IMG/VR virus record: IMGVR_UViG_3300018475_001835
Length of the DNA: 64,000 nt
Source: an uncultured virus (IMG/VR IMGVR_UViG_3300018475_001835)
Taxonomy: Duplodnaviria; Heunggongvirae; Uroviricota; Caudoviricetes
Strand: one strand, 5' to 3'
Shown: piece by piece, positions 1-10,009 of the stretch
Layout of the letters: the number at the start of each line of letters is the position of its first letter
How positions within the stretch are numbered: the first letter of the stretch is position 1
Made by a program: the position numbers and the translations under genes
The notes under the pieces: model-generated
What the model was told of the DNA's origin: nothing
The model's input: only the letters and a program-made list of their open reading frames with translations
Databases searched by the model: none

Positions 1-400
1 CTACGCAGATGGTCTTGCTGGTAACTACGATGCTGCTGGTTCAGCTGCTGATGCTCTCGCTGATGCTAAAGAGTACGCTGATGGTTTAAAGACAACTATC
101 GATGCTGCTTATGCTGCTGCTGATACAGCTACACTTAACAGTGCTAAAGCTTATGCTGATGGTCTTGCTGGCAATTATGATGCTGCTGGTTCGGCTGCTG
201 ATGCACTTCAGGATGCAAAAGACTACGCTGACGGTCTTGCTGGCAACTATGCTACAGCTGCACAGGGTACTAAGGCTGACACTGCACTTCAGAAGATTGA
301 AACAACTGCTAATGGTGGTCTCGTTGTAACTAATAATAATAAGATTGATATCGACGATACTGTTACATTCGTATTTGATTGTGGTAATGCTACCGTTTAA
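1..400 (+). CDS. C-terminal part of a coiled-coil fibre protein (5' truncated by window)
   Basis: Frame starting at nt 2 is open to TAA 398-400: repeats YADGLAGNYDAAGSAADAL.DAK.YADGL, ending TFVFDCGNATV*. Not in the ORF track (no start codon in window). Confidence 0.8.
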   Translation, partial: YADGLAGNYDAAGSAADALADAKEYADGLKTTIDAAYAAADTATLNSAKAYADGLAGNYDAAGSAADALQDAKDYADGLAGNYATAAQGTKADTALQKIETTANGGLVVTNNNKIDIDDTVTFVFDCGNATV

Positions 401-422
401 TAATATTTACATTATATTAAAA

Positions 423-450
423 AAGAGGGATTATTAATTTAATCCCTCTT
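423..450. terminator. Intrinsic terminator-like hairpin
   Basis: aagagggatta-ttaatt-taatccctctt, perfect 11-bp stem after the fibre gene. Confidence 0.7.
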
Positions 451-538
451 ATCTATAAATTAGATATAAGATGATTTTGAAATGATAGATCGTCTAGTTC
501 TCCAAATTTTGAAATGATAAATTAAAGGAGGCATTAAA

Positions 539-775
539 ATGAAAAAAATAAAAGTCCGTATGAGCCAAAAACATGACACCGAAGCTAATTGGTTAAAGGT
601 GCCTACATTTATCCCTTCAGATGGAGAACTAATAATATACGACCCAGATGATAAAAATAAATATCCAAGAATGAAAGTTGGAGATAATAAGACTACTATA
701 GTAAATCTTCCATTTATATCTGGTGCGGGTGAAATACTCTATAATGAAGATGGCGAAAAAATATTTCTAATGTAA
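539..775 (+). CDS. Small Mtd_N / hyaluronidase-N-terminal-like fibre adaptor protein
   Basis: SD aaggagg; QKHDTEANW..FIP..GELIIYD...KVGD.KT....LPF motif; paralogue of 1365..1673. Confidence 0.7.
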   Translation: MKKIKVRMSQKHDTEANWLKVPTFIPSDGELIIYDPDDKNKYPRMKVGDNKTTIVNLPFISGAGEILYNEDGEKIFLM

Positions 776-844
776 TATTATTAGATGTATTTATATGGGA
801 TTTATATTTTAATAAATTTTATTCGCCTAGAAAGATATAAATTC

Positions 845-868
845 CCCTGTGAGAGCAATCTCACAGGG
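845..868. terminator. Bidirectional terminator between convergent genes
   Basis: ccctgtgaga-gcaa-tctcacaggg, 10-bp stem with GNRA loop. Confidence 0.8.
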
Positions 869-876
869 ATTAATAT

Positions 877-1272
877 TTACTTTAATTCAGAATATAAATC
901 TATTAGGATTTCTTTAAATCCATTAGCATATACAGTAATTTTTGGTTCAATATAAACGCTATAATCGTTTATTTCAATTATTTTTTTCATTGAGCTAAAT
1001 ATAGTGTATGAATTAGAGTTGTTATTATTTATAATATTATAACAAATAATATTTAAATTATTATCATCATCTACTTTATATTCTATTCTTGTCTCTTTTT
1101 CATCATAATCAAATTTTATATTAATTACTATATCAGTATTTAACTCATAAGAGTCTTGTAATGTAATTATAAATTTTGATTCTCTATCATTTCTAACTAC
1201 TGCACTTTTTGATAAAATTTTTTTATATTTGTTATCTACGATAACATCACATGATATAGAAGTATGTTCCAT
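877..1272 (-). CDS. Hypothetical protein, counter-oriented insertion
   Basis: 131-aa ORF with SD aaggag; no recognisable motif. Confidence 0.6.
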   Translation of the reverse strand: MEHTSISCDVIVDNKYKKILSKSAVVRNDRESKFIITLQDSYELNTDIVINIKFDYDEKETRIEYKVDDDNNLNIICYNIINNNNSNSYTIFSSMKKIIEINDYSVYIEPKITVYANGFKEILIDLYSELK

Positions 1273-1364
1273 ATTAAATATCTCCTTAAAATTATTTTAT
1301 CTTAAAGTATGTAATATTTTAAAAATTAATAAATAAAAATTCCTAAAAAGGAGGGATATAAATT

Positions 1365-1673
1365 ATGGCTGAAAAAACTATTAAAAGTAGATCAATACAA
1401 AAGCATGATATTGAAGCTAATTGGATCAAAGCCACTAATTTTATACCTAAACAAGGCGAAATTATTGTTTATGATATTGAAGTAGACGCTAATGGCAATA
1501 ATTTGACTTTGCCATCTGGTAGAACTACTCCTTATACATATGAACGTTTTAAAATTGGTGATGGTAAAACTCTTGTAAGTTCATTACCTTTTGTTATGGA
1601 AAGTATCTCAGATGCTGAAATAGATGCTATTTGTGGTGCAACTATTTATGCAGCTAGCGAGGTGATCTTATAA
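1365..1673 (+). CDS. Mtd_N-like fibre adaptor protein
   Basis: QKHDIEANW..FIPKQGEIIVYD...FKIGDGKT.VSSLPF; C-terminal ISDAEIDAIC; SD aggagg. Confidence 0.75.
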   Translation: MAEKTIKSRSIQKHDIEANWIKATNFIPKQGEIIVYDIEVDANGNNLTLPSGRTTPYTYERFKIGDGKTLVSSLPFVMESISDAEIDAICGATIYAASEVIL

Positions 1674-3937
1674 TGAGTGAATACGTTTTAACGCCTCTAT
1701 CTACTTTAAAAACAGTTGCAAATACTGTTAAAGAAATTGTCGGAGTTGATGAAATTCCGTTAACCAAGATTGACCAGACAGTTGCATCTGCTGTTACTAA
1801 ACCACCAGAAATTTCTGTAAATTCATCTAATGGTTTAATTACAGCCACTGCAGGATCATCATCTACATATCAACTTGCATTTCAACCTGCTAAAACTATT
1901 ACACCTGCAGCAACATCACAAACTGCTGTATCTTCTGGTTATTATACTGATGGCGCAGTTACTGTTGAAGGTGATAGTAATTTAATTGCTGATAATATTA
2001 AAAGTGGTGTTAGTATATTTGGTGTTAATGGAACTTATGAAGGTAGTGGTGGAGGTACGAACTCGGCAGATGAATTCATTACAAAAACTATAACAAGTTA
2101 TAGTGGCAATGTTTCTTATGTTGCCAGTCAAGCATTCTACGGTTGTACTAATCTTACAACGATAAATATGCCATATTGTACCGAAATTAGAAGTAATGCA
2201 TTTCAATATTGTACAAAACTTACAGATATAAGCATACCAGTTTGTACTTCAATTGGCGGCGGAGCATTTTATCAGTGTTTAAATCTTACAACTGTAAGTT
2301 TTCCGGCATGTACTTTGATTGGATATAGTGCATTTGCTTCTTGTTCAAATCTTACAACTATAAATCTTCCAACATGTAGGACAATTAGTGGTTATGCATT
2401 TGCTTCTTGTTCAAATCTTACTAATGTAAGTTTACCAGTTTGTACTAATATTAGTAATAATGCATTTCAATATTGTAAAAGTTTAACAGTAATAGATTTG
2501 CCTAATTGCGAACATTTTGATTCTCGTGCATTTTTAGGTTGTACTGGTTTAACTAGTATAAGCATACCAGTTGCCCGTGGTTTTGGATATAGTGCATTTC
2601 AAGGTTGTACAGGTTTAACAAGTATAAATCTACCTGCTTGTACAGGTTTAACTAAGTATGTATTTATGAATTGTACAAACCTTTCAACAATAAATATGCC
2701 TAATTGTACAGTAATATGGGATTATGCATTTTCTTCTTGTTTAGCTCTTACTAGTATGCATTTTAAAAAATATATAGGCATATGTTCTAATGCATTTTTA
2801 AATTGCGCTAATCTATCTCAAATATACTTAGAACATTCAACAATATGTGGCTTATCTAATTCAAATGCGTTTACAAATACTATGATTACATCCACTACAG
2901 GTTCAATATTTGTACCACCATTATTAGTAGATACATATAAATCTGCAACAAACTGGGCGTATTTTTCAAATATAATATTTGTTATGCATGGATTATATGA
3001 CATAACTGAGAATACAATTTTAGTTAATAATACTAAAAACTTCACTATAACTACTGTATTTGATAGTATTCCAACGAATATTTCTATTACACCTTTAACT
3101 AATGAGTGTATATCTATATCTAATATACAAGCAAATACATCTAATATTACTTTTGATATAACATCTTATAATATTGAAGGAGAAGTAGAAATTGAAGTAT
3201 GTGCTACTGAAAATGAAGAAATTTATAAAGATATTTTTACTATACAAATATTTAATCCTATTGGTAATTTAAATGAAAAAATAAATCCAAATTCTACTAA
3301 AATAATTAATATACCATTAAATTGTAATGGCATTACTCCAGATGATGTAAGTGTTATTTCAAATGATAATAGCTTACTTACAATATCTGATATTGTATAC
3401 GATGCAGAAAATATTACTTTCCATATAACTTCTTATAATACAAAGGTGGGCGACAATATAGGAATTGATGTGTCTATTGTTTACAATGGTCGTATTTATA
3501 ATAAAGCACTAACAATAGCAGCAGTGAATGAACCATATTATTTTATTGAAGATTTAGGTGATACTTATGGATTTATTATGAATTCTAATGGATATTATGT
3601 AAGTAATAATAAAGGAATTTCTAGATCTTACGCATTATGCAAGCTAAAAATTTTCGCTCCATATGATTGTACAATGTATCTTGATTGCATTAATTCAGGA
3701 GAAAATGATTATGATTATGGTATATTATCTAATCTTAATACCGAGTTATCATCATCACATTCAGCAGACAGTACTTCAAATGTTTATAAATCATTTAAAG
3801 GTTTATCAAGCACAAGTATACAGACAATATCTTATGCAATACCTGCTGGCGAACATTTTATTTATATAAAATTTATAAAAGACGGTAGTGGTAATAATAA
3901 CTATGATTCATTACAATTTAAAGTAAGATTTGAATAA
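1673..3937 (+). CDS. BspA-type (LRR_5) leucine-rich repeat surface/fibre protein
   Basis: N-terminal fibre repeat (GDSNLIADNIKSGVSIFGVNGTY), then about ten 22-aa AFxxCxxLxxIxLPxCxxI repeats; TAATG overlap with the upstream gene. Confidence 0.85.
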   Translation: MSEYVLTPLSTLKTVANTVKEIVGVDEIPLTKIDQTVASAVTKPPEISVNSSNGLITATAGSSSTYQLAFQPAKTITPAATSQTAVSSGYYTDGAVTVEGDSNLIADNIKSGVSIFGVNGTYEGSGGGTNSADEFITKTITSYSGNVSYVASQAFYGCTNLTTINMPYCTEIRSNAFQYCTKLTDISIPVCTSIGGGAFYQCLNLTTVSFPACTLIGYSAFASCSNLTTINLPTCRTISGYAFASCSNLTNVSLPVCTNISNNAFQYCKSLTVIDLPNCEHFDSRAFLGCTGLTSISIPVARGFGYSAFQGCTGLTSINLPACTGLTKYVFMNCTNLSTINMPNCTVIWDYAFSSCLALTSMHFKKYIGICSNAFLNCANLSQIYLEHSTICGLSNSNAFTNTMITSTTGSIFVPPLLVDTYKSATNWAYFSNIIFVMHGLYDITENTILVNNTKNFTITTVFDSIPTNISITPLTNECISISNIQANTSNITFDITSYNIEGEVEIEVCATENEEIYKDIFTIQIFNPIGNLNEKINPNSTKIINIPLNCNGITPDDVSVISNDNSLLTISDIVYDAENITFHITSYNTKVGDNIGIDVSIVYNGRIYNKALTIAAVNEPYYFIEDLGDTYGFIMNSNGYYVSNNKGISRSYALCKLKIFAPYDCTMYLDCINSGENDYDYGILSNLNTELSSSHSADSTSNVYKSFKGLSSTSIQTISYAIPAGEHFIYIKFIKDGSGNNNYDSLQFKVRFE

Positions 3938-3975
3938 ATTACTGTTTTAAAACGGAACAAAAGGAGAAAACAAAA

Positions 3976-4956
3976 ATGAAATTACAAATATTAATCCCTC
4001 AATATAAAGAGACAGAAGATATAATCAAATCTCTTCTCGATAGTATTGAGGTTCAACAAAATATAGATTTAAAAAATGATATTGGCGTTATTATCGTCAA
4101 TGATGGCACCGATATTCATCTTAGCCAAGAATTCTTTAAAAGATACTCATTTCCAATAGAGTATCATCTTAACGAGCATAAAGGTGTTTCAGCAACTCGT
4201 AATGCTTGTCTTGACCATGCAACAGCAGATTATGTTATGTTCTGTGATGCTGATGATATGTTCTACAATGCTTGTGGAATGTATATCATATTCCGTGAAA
4301 TAGACAATGGTGGCTTTGATAGTTTAGTATCTGCTTTTATTGAAGAGTCACGCATTCCAGAAACAAAAGAGGTAGTATATATTAATCACGATATGGATTC
4401 TACCTTTGTTCATGGTAAGGTTCATCGTAGACAATATCTTATTGATAATAATATTAGATGGAATGATAATCTTACAATTCACGAAGACAGTTATTTCAAC
4501 TGCCTATGCCAACGCTTGGCACGAGAATTAAAATACTCTCAAACATCATTCTATCTTTGGAAATGGCGTGATGCTTCAGTATGTCGCCATGACCCCAAGT
4601 ATATTTTAAAAACTTACAATAATATGCTTGATAGTAACGATGCTTTGGTCGAACAGTTCCTAAATCGTCGCAGAAAAGAAGATGCTATGTTTTATGCAGT
4701 CGGCATGATTTATGATGCTTATTTTACTATGAATAAAGATGAGTGGTTAAATCAAGAGAATAAAGATTATCGCTATGCTACAGAAAAACGCTTTAAAGAA
4801 TATTGGTTGAAATATAAAACCTTGCACGATGAAATTCCTAAAGATGTAAAAACACAGATTATTATGGGAATTAAAAATCGTATGTATGGTGAAGGTATGG
4901 TATTAGAAACACTTACCTTTAATGAATGGATTAAACAAGTGGAGGCAATGGTATGA
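3976..4956 (+). CDS. Glycosyltransferase family 2
   Basis: ILIPQYKE, IIVNDG, GVSATRN, FCDADD (DxD), HEDSYFN. Confidence 0.9.
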   Translation: MKLQILIPQYKETEDIIKSLLDSIEVQQNIDLKNDIGVIIVNDGTDIHLSQEFFKRYSFPIEYHLNEHKGVSATRNACLDHATADYVMFCDADDMFYNACGMYIIFREIDNGGFDSLVSAFIEESRIPETKEVVYINHDMDSTFVHGKVHRRQYLIDNNIRWNDNLTIHEDSYFNCLCQRLARELKYSQTSFYLWKWRDASVCRHDPKYILKTYNNMLDSNDALVEQFLNRRRKEDAMFYAVGMIYDAYFTMNKDEWLNQENKDYRYATEKRFKEYWLKYKTLHDEIPKDVKTQIIMGIKNRMYGEGMVLETLTFNEWIKQVEAMV

Positions 4957-5186
4957 TAATAACTGAATCTTTAAATGATGGCGCTTTAATTAAACACTAT
5001 AGTGATTCTGGATTTATGCTATTACAGAATGAAACTGGGGTAAAATATTCAGATCCTATAGATATTGTTCCTTGTCCTTATACATATACAGAAACAAATG
5101 AAAAAGTAGAATCTGAAGAAATAACAGATTCTAATGAAGAAATCACCGGTGATGAATTTCTTGATATGATTAAGGAGGTATTATAA
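4953..5186 (+). CDS. Small hypothetical protein of the LRR/GT2 cassette
   Basis: ATGA overlap with GT2; YSDSG...QNETG.KY..PID...YTYTET. Confidence 0.7.
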   Translation: MIITESLNDGALIKHYSDSGFMLLQNETGVKYSDPIDIVPCPYTYTETNEKVESEEITDSNEEITGDEFLDMIKEVL

Positions 5187-5578
5187 TGAAAAGAAGTGAA
5201 GCTAGAGCTTTTATAGATTCTTTAATTAATTTAAGAACCTCTGCAACAGATGCACAAGCTACTAATGCGCCTGCTGTATATCCTGAGTGGAAAACAGAAG
5301 TTGAGTATGCTGTTAATGATAGAGTTTTATATAATGATATTTTATATAAAGTTATTACTGCACATACTTCACAAGAAACTTGGACACCTGATACAGCAGT
5401 TAGTTTATTTGCAAAAGTTCTTATTCCTAATAATAATATTACTCCTGCATGGGAACAGCCTAATAGCACCAATCCTTATATGAATGGGGATAAAGTTACT
5501 CACAAAGATAAGACTTGGGTTTCTACAATAGATAACAATGTTTGGGAACCAGGTGTTTATGGCTGGAAAGAAGTATAA
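5186..5578 (+). CDS. Carbohydrate-binding protein (CBM5/12, ChiC-like modules)
   Basis: YPEWK...YAVNDRVLYN..LYKVITAHTS..WTP and WEQP...Y..GDKVTH..KTW.S..DNNVWEPG..GW. Confidence 0.75.
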   Translation: MKRSEARAFIDSLINLRTSATDAQATNAPAVYPEWKTEVEYAVNDRVLYNDILYKVITAHTSQETWTPDTAVSLFAKVLIPNNNITPAWEQPNSTNPYMNGDKVTHKDKTWVSTIDNNVWEPGVYGWKEV

Positions 5579-5623
5579 ATTTTAAATATAATTCATCTTT
5601 AAATAAAGGAGGAATTAAAAAAT

Positions 5624-5818
5624 ATGTCTTTTTTAAATAAACAAGGCGTAGAACGACTATGGCAACATATAATTCTTAAACTTGGAAATAAAGTAGATAA
5701 AGTTGAAGGTAAGGGTTTATCTACAGAAGACTTTACTACAGAAGAAAAAACTAAATTAAGTAACCTCACTGAAGGCCAAATAAAAACAATAGATGGTCAA
5801 TCAGTATTTTTAATGTGA
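5624..5818 (+). CDS. Short fibre module
   Basis: FLNKQGVERLW...KVDKVEGKGLSTEDFTTEEKTKL, a common phage fibre motif; SD aggagg. Confidence 0.7.
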   Translation: MSFLNKQGVERLWQHIILKLGNKVDKVEGKGLSTEDFTTEEKTKLSNLTEGQIKTIDGQSVFLM

Positions 5819-5852
5819 TAAAATAAAACTTTATAAAGGAGGTTAATCCTAT

Positions 5853-6728
5853 ATGGGACAACATAGAGTCGTATTGGCAAAGCAAATTAATGGACAGATA
5901 GAATATCTGTATCCAAAAACTTATGCCGATCAAATTATATTTAGCGATACAGATACAACAACTGTTAAAACTAAAATAGATGGTATTTTAGGTAATATTG
6001 CTAATCTTATCACTGCTGATACCAATATGCAAAAAGCTATTGATGAAAAAGTAGATAAGATTACTGGTAAGGGTTTATCTACTAACGATTATACAAATGA
6101 TGAAAAAACTAAATTAGCTGGTATAGCAGCTGGAGCTAATAAAACTGTAGTAGATACAGAATTAAAATCAGATTCTACAAACCCTGTACAGAATAAAGTA
6201 ATAGCTGCAGCAATTGCTGAATTAGCTGATGATCCTGATGTTTATGTACAGAATGATGAACCTACAGATGCTGAAGATGGTTCTATCTGGATTGATTTAG
6301 ATGGTGAAGAATCTATAGGTTTAAATAATAAAATCGATATGCCTACAGATGAAACTGGCACTATATTAAAAGGTAGTGAGGGTCAAGTATTACAGGCTAA
6401 TGGCGATGGTACAACTTCATGGGTTGATTATGTGCCTGCAGCAGTAGCTACAATAGACCTTAAAGGTGGTATAGATAACTGGACAGAATATCCTGTAGAA
6501 GGTTCAACTGCAACTCGTTACGGTCAGGTAGTTACAGTAAAAAATGCTACAATCACTCCAAATAGCTCAGTTGATTTACGTATCGACTCTGAGCAAGTAG
6601 CAATCTTTCATGAAAAATGTCTTGCTTTTGTTGCTGAAAATGAAGATGGAATAGTTACAGTATTTTGTGTTGGTCAAATTCCTCAAAATGATTACACTAT
6701 CCAAGTTAAAGTTACTGAAGTGGCATAA
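5853..6728 (+). CDS. Fibre protein
   Basis: KVDKITGKGLSTNDYTNDEKTKLAGIAAGAN, VDTEL..DSTNPVQNKVI, VQNDEPT..DGSIWID, GQVLQANGDGTTSW. Confidence 0.75.
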   Translation: MGQHRVVLAKQINGQIEYLYPKTYADQIIFSDTDTTTVKTKIDGILGNIANLITADTNMQKAIDEKVDKITGKGLSTNDYTNDEKTKLAGIAAGANKTVVDTELKSDSTNPVQNKVIAAAIAELADDPDVYVQNDEPTDAEDGSIWIDLDGEESIGLNNKIDMPTDETGTILKGSEGQVLQANGDGTTSWVDYVPAAVATIDLKGGIDNWTEYPVEGSTATRYGQVVTVKNATITPNSSVDLRIDSEQVAIFHEKCLAFVAENEDGIVTVFCVGQIPQNDYTIQVKVTEVA

Positions 6729-6746
6729 TAAAAAGGAGGATTTATA

Positions 6747-6998
6747 ATGGCTATTTTAAAAGTAAAAAATAATGGTGCATGGGATAATATATTAGGAGTA
6801 GATACCTCCAATTTTGCAACTAAAATTCCAAAGTCTGCAGATAATAACGAACTTGATTTAAAAGATGTATATGATAAAATCCCAGTCATAGCACAAAATA
6901 CTGTTAATCAAGCAGTATCAAATAGCACTTTTAGACTTAAGATCACTTATGATGACGGTACAGTTAAGCAGATTAAAGTGTTAGGAGCTGAAGTATAA
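6747..6998 (+). CDS. Short fibre linker/adaptor protein
   Basis: N-terminus MAILKVK shared with 16488; C-terminus LKITYDDGT...EV shared with 12122. Confidence 0.65.
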   Translation: MAILKVKNNGAWDNILGVDTSNFATKIPKSADNNELDLKDVYDKIPVIAQNTVNQAVSNSTFRLKITYDDGTVKQIKVLGAEV

Positions 6999-7834
6999 TG
7001 GCTGAAATTACTAATTTCGAAATTGTTGGTTCTAATAAATCAATAGCTAAAGTTGAAGCTTCTTTAGATAATGGTAGAACTTATGGAACTATTTGGGAAG
7101 CTGTTCAGCATACTTATACTTTGGTCCCAACAGAAGCAACTGATGTAAATGGTGATGGAACACAATATGCTTTAGAATATACTGCTACTGTTGAAAATAT
7201 TGATAACTACTGGAATATTTATACACCTTTTGTTTTATATGAAGATGGTGTGGAAGTAGATACTAGTGATCTAGAACTTGAAGTAGAAGGTAAATTACCA
7301 ATTATTCATCCAGATGGTTATTCAAATTATTTCGGTTATGTACCACCGGTAGGTGAATCGTATGTGTATGATGATATGTATTATATCGAAATTGAATACA
7401 AAGGCAAAACTATCAGATCCAATCCAATACAGATACAAATAAATGCTCCAATTGAGCTCTTATCAAGAGACGTATCTATTATTGGTAGTAGTATAAACTT
7501 AGAATATGATAGCTATGGATATGTATCTGAAACTTATGTAACACATGTAGCTACATATGAAAACATAGATTCTGATATGGAAATTTATTTCAAAGGAACA
7601 GAAGATGAAAATATGGATGGTATAACCATTGAAGATAGTGATGGTCATACTAGTATTCAGAGATGCTATCCATACGAATATATATCAGATACAGAATGCA
7701 AATGGAAACTTTTATTAAAGCATGATGGTTATTATGAAGGAACAGATTCTGTTAGCCGTGAAATAATTGTAAATATCCCATCATCTTCAACTTATAAATC
7801 AGTTACATTAATTATTAATGAATCTATATATTAA
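6998..7834 (+). CDS. Acidic beta-rich hypothetical protein (possible Ig-like fibre tip)
   Basis: TAATG coupling; 278 aa, rich in Y/E/D/T. Confidence 0.65.
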   Translation: MAEITNFEIVGSNKSIAKVEASLDNGRTYGTIWEAVQHTYTLVPTEATDVNGDGTQYALEYTATVENIDNYWNIYTPFVLYEDGVEVDTSDLELEVEGKLPIIHPDGYSNYFGYVPPVGESYVYDDMYYIEIEYKGKTIRSNPIQIQINAPIELLSRDVSIIGSSINLEYDSYGYVSETYVTHVATYENIDSDMEIYFKGTEDENMDGITIEDSDGHTSIQRCYPYEYISDTECKWKLLLKHDGYYEGTDSVSREIIVNIPSSSTYKSVTLIINESIY

Positions 7835-7867
7835 ATTAATTAAGACTATAAAGGAGGTTAACTCTAT

Positions 7868-8704
7868 ATGGCTAAGATTATTGGTAATATAGTCGGTGTT
7901 CCTAACCCTATATCTGACTGGAATGAAACCGACGAGAATAAAGCAAGTTTTATTAAAAACAAACCGAATCTTAATTATTCAAATAGCGATCCTCTGCTTA
8001 AAGATGTCGGAGGAATTTTAGCAAATAATCATAAAGATGGATTTGATAATGTACCGATTAGTGATCTTATAACAGAATTATTATACCCATATACAAAACC
8101 TGTTATTAATTCATTCTCTTTAAATCCTGCTGACGGTGCTAAAGAAAAGAATGTTTCGTTAACTGTTAAATCAGCTACAGTTAAAGTAACCAAAAAGACT
8201 AAAGCAATTCAGTCAGTCAGTTTATATAAAGGCACTGCATTAGTAGAGACCAAAACTGATACTATAACTTCAGCTGGAACTACTCTTACATTTAATATCA
8301 ATGAAACATTGAATGGTACGGCTGATTCAGTTTCATATACAGTAAAAGTATTAGAGGCCGGAGAAACTACTCCTGCTGTAACATCTACAAAAACTTATAA
8401 TTTTGTATATCCATATTTATATGGAGTTGTTGCAAATGGAGCTTCAATTACTGCGGATCTTATATCAAAATTTACAGCAAAAGGTATTCGTGTTAAAGGT
8501 AATCATTCTTATGAATATACTACAAATAACACTTGTCCTGTAATTGCATATCCTAAATCATATGGTACATTAAGCTCAATTATAGATCCAAATAACTTTA
8601 CACAAGATTGGGCACAACACATCGTTACAATTTCTGGTGTAGAATATTATGTATACGTTGGTGGCGCTGCCACTGCAACTGCCGCATATACATTTAATTA
8701 TTAA
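7868..8704 (+). CDS. Virion fibre/decoration protein (Ig-like); paralogue of 30798..31682
   Basis: SDWNETD...FIKNKP; P.I.SF...P...EK; YGV; IAYPKSYG.L..I.D.N.F; YYVY. Confidence 0.65.
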   Translation: MAKIIGNIVGVPNPISDWNETDENKASFIKNKPNLNYSNSDPLLKDVGGILANNHKDGFDNVPISDLITELLYPYTKPVINSFSLNPADGAKEKNVSLTVKSATVKVTKKTKAIQSVSLYKGTALVETKTDTITSAGTTLTFNINETLNGTADSVSYTVKVLEAGETTPAVTSTKTYNFVYPYLYGVVANGASITADLISKFTAKGIRVKGNHSYEYTTNNTCPVIAYPKSYGTLSSIIDPNNFTQDWAQHIVTISGVEYYVYVGGAATATAAYTFNY

Positions 8705-8720
8705 TAGGAGGTAAAATATA

Positions 8721-9191
8721 ATGGGAAAAATATATAATAACCTCATAAATACAACTGCTGGCTTTAAATATAACGCTCAACAGCCATTAGATGATAGAGA
8801 AGTTGTTCAAAGCTTTTCAGATTTAGCAGGACTTATATCTGCTAATACTGCATATGAAGGTATGAAAGTCTACGTGGTAGATGATAAAAAATCATATGAA
8901 TTAATAAATACAGAATGGAAAGCTTTAGCAACAGAAGATTATGTGAATACTGTAATTGGTAATTTAGACTTGGGTGATGGTACTAGTGGGGCTGTTGTAA
9001 ATTCTGTATTATATACAGAGCAATCTTTAACAGAACCTCAGAAAGCTCAAGCTAGAACTAATATCGGTATTACTTTAGCTACTGATGAAGATGTATTAGA
9101 AATATTATCTGTTATTGGTGCTGTAATACCAGTGACAACTTCTGATGGTAAAATATTAACAAGCAATACTGGAGCAATATACACTTTATAA
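8721..9191 (+). CDS. Fibre module protein
   Basis: GFKYNAQQPLDDR, AYEGMKVYV, QSLTEPQKAQARTNIG motifs typical of phage fibre proteins. Confidence 0.65.
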   Translation: MGKIYNNLINTTAGFKYNAQQPLDDREVVQSFSDLAGLISANTAYEGMKVYVVDDKKSYELINTEWKALATEDYVNTVIGNLDLGDGTSGAVVNSVLYTEQSLTEPQKAQARTNIGITLATDEDVLEILSVIGAVIPVTTSDGKILTSNTGAIYTL

Positions 9192-9211
9192 TTTTTTAAG
9201 GAGAAACAAAA

Positions 9212-10009
9212 ATGATAAATGTTATTATACCTGCATATAACTGTACTGCTACTTTAGGTAGAACTCTTAGTTCACTGGTAGCACAAACAGATCAGGATTT
9301 TATAGTCACTGTTGTAGATGATTGTTCTACTGAAGATATTAAATCTATAGTAGATGATTATAGTAATAAATTGAATATTAATTATATTCGTAATGAGAAA
9401 AATCTTGGATGTGGCATGTCACGTCAAGTTGGAATTGATAATACAACACAAGATTTTATAACTTTCTTAGATTCTGATGATATGTTTATGCCATATGCGG
9501 TAGAAACTTTTAATGAAGTTATTAAAGCAAATCCAAATACTGAATTTCTTCATACACATTTCTATGAACAAATTAAAATAAATGGTGAAGTTGCTTTAGT
9601 TTTAAGAGAAGATAATTTTACTGCATGTCATGGTAAATTATATAATGTATCATTACTAAGAAAATTTAATATAAGGAATTCTCCCGAAGTTAAATGGGCC
9701 GATGACTCATATTTCAATTCAATGTGTAATGCATTTATGAAGATAAGTACCATTAAAGTGATAACAATGTTATGGGCTTATAATGAGAATTCAGTTTTAA
9801 GAAAAAATGATAGCAATAGAGATAATAATAAAGTATATGATTTTCTCAATGCTATGTATTTATCAGTAAAATTCATCGTTGAAAATAACGGTGATTTAAA
9901 ATTTATTAAACAAAATATACTTGATTTTCCAAATAGATTTAAAGATTTAAAAGGCAAAGAATTAGCCTTAATGAATAAAATATTAAATTACATAAGGAGG
10001 AAGTCATAA
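9212..10009 (+). CDS. Glycosyltransferase family 2
   Basis: VIIPAYN, VVDDCSTE, NLGCGMSRQ, FLDSDD, HGKLY, DDSYFN. Confidence 0.9.
   Translation: MINVIIPAYNCTATLGRTLSSLVAQTDQDFIVTVVDDCSTEDIKSIVDDYSNKLNINYIRNEKNLGCGMSRQVGIDNTTQDFITFLDSDDMFMPYAVETFNEVIKANPNTEFLHTHFYEQIKINGEVALVLREDNFTACHGKLYNVSLLRKFNIRNSPEVKWADDSYFNSMCNAFMKISTIKVITMLWAYNENSVLRKNDSNRDNNKVYDFLNAMYLSVKFIVENNGDLKFIKQNILDFPNRFKDLKGKELALMNKILNYIRRKS

Noticed and set aside
102..329. ORF-track 75-aa Leu/Met-rich ORF and similar shadow ORFs (e.g. 5250, 12618, 41505, 47150, 61970, 62813, 63265)
   Set aside because: Alternate-frame or antisense by-products of the real genes' codon bias; no SD and no motifs.
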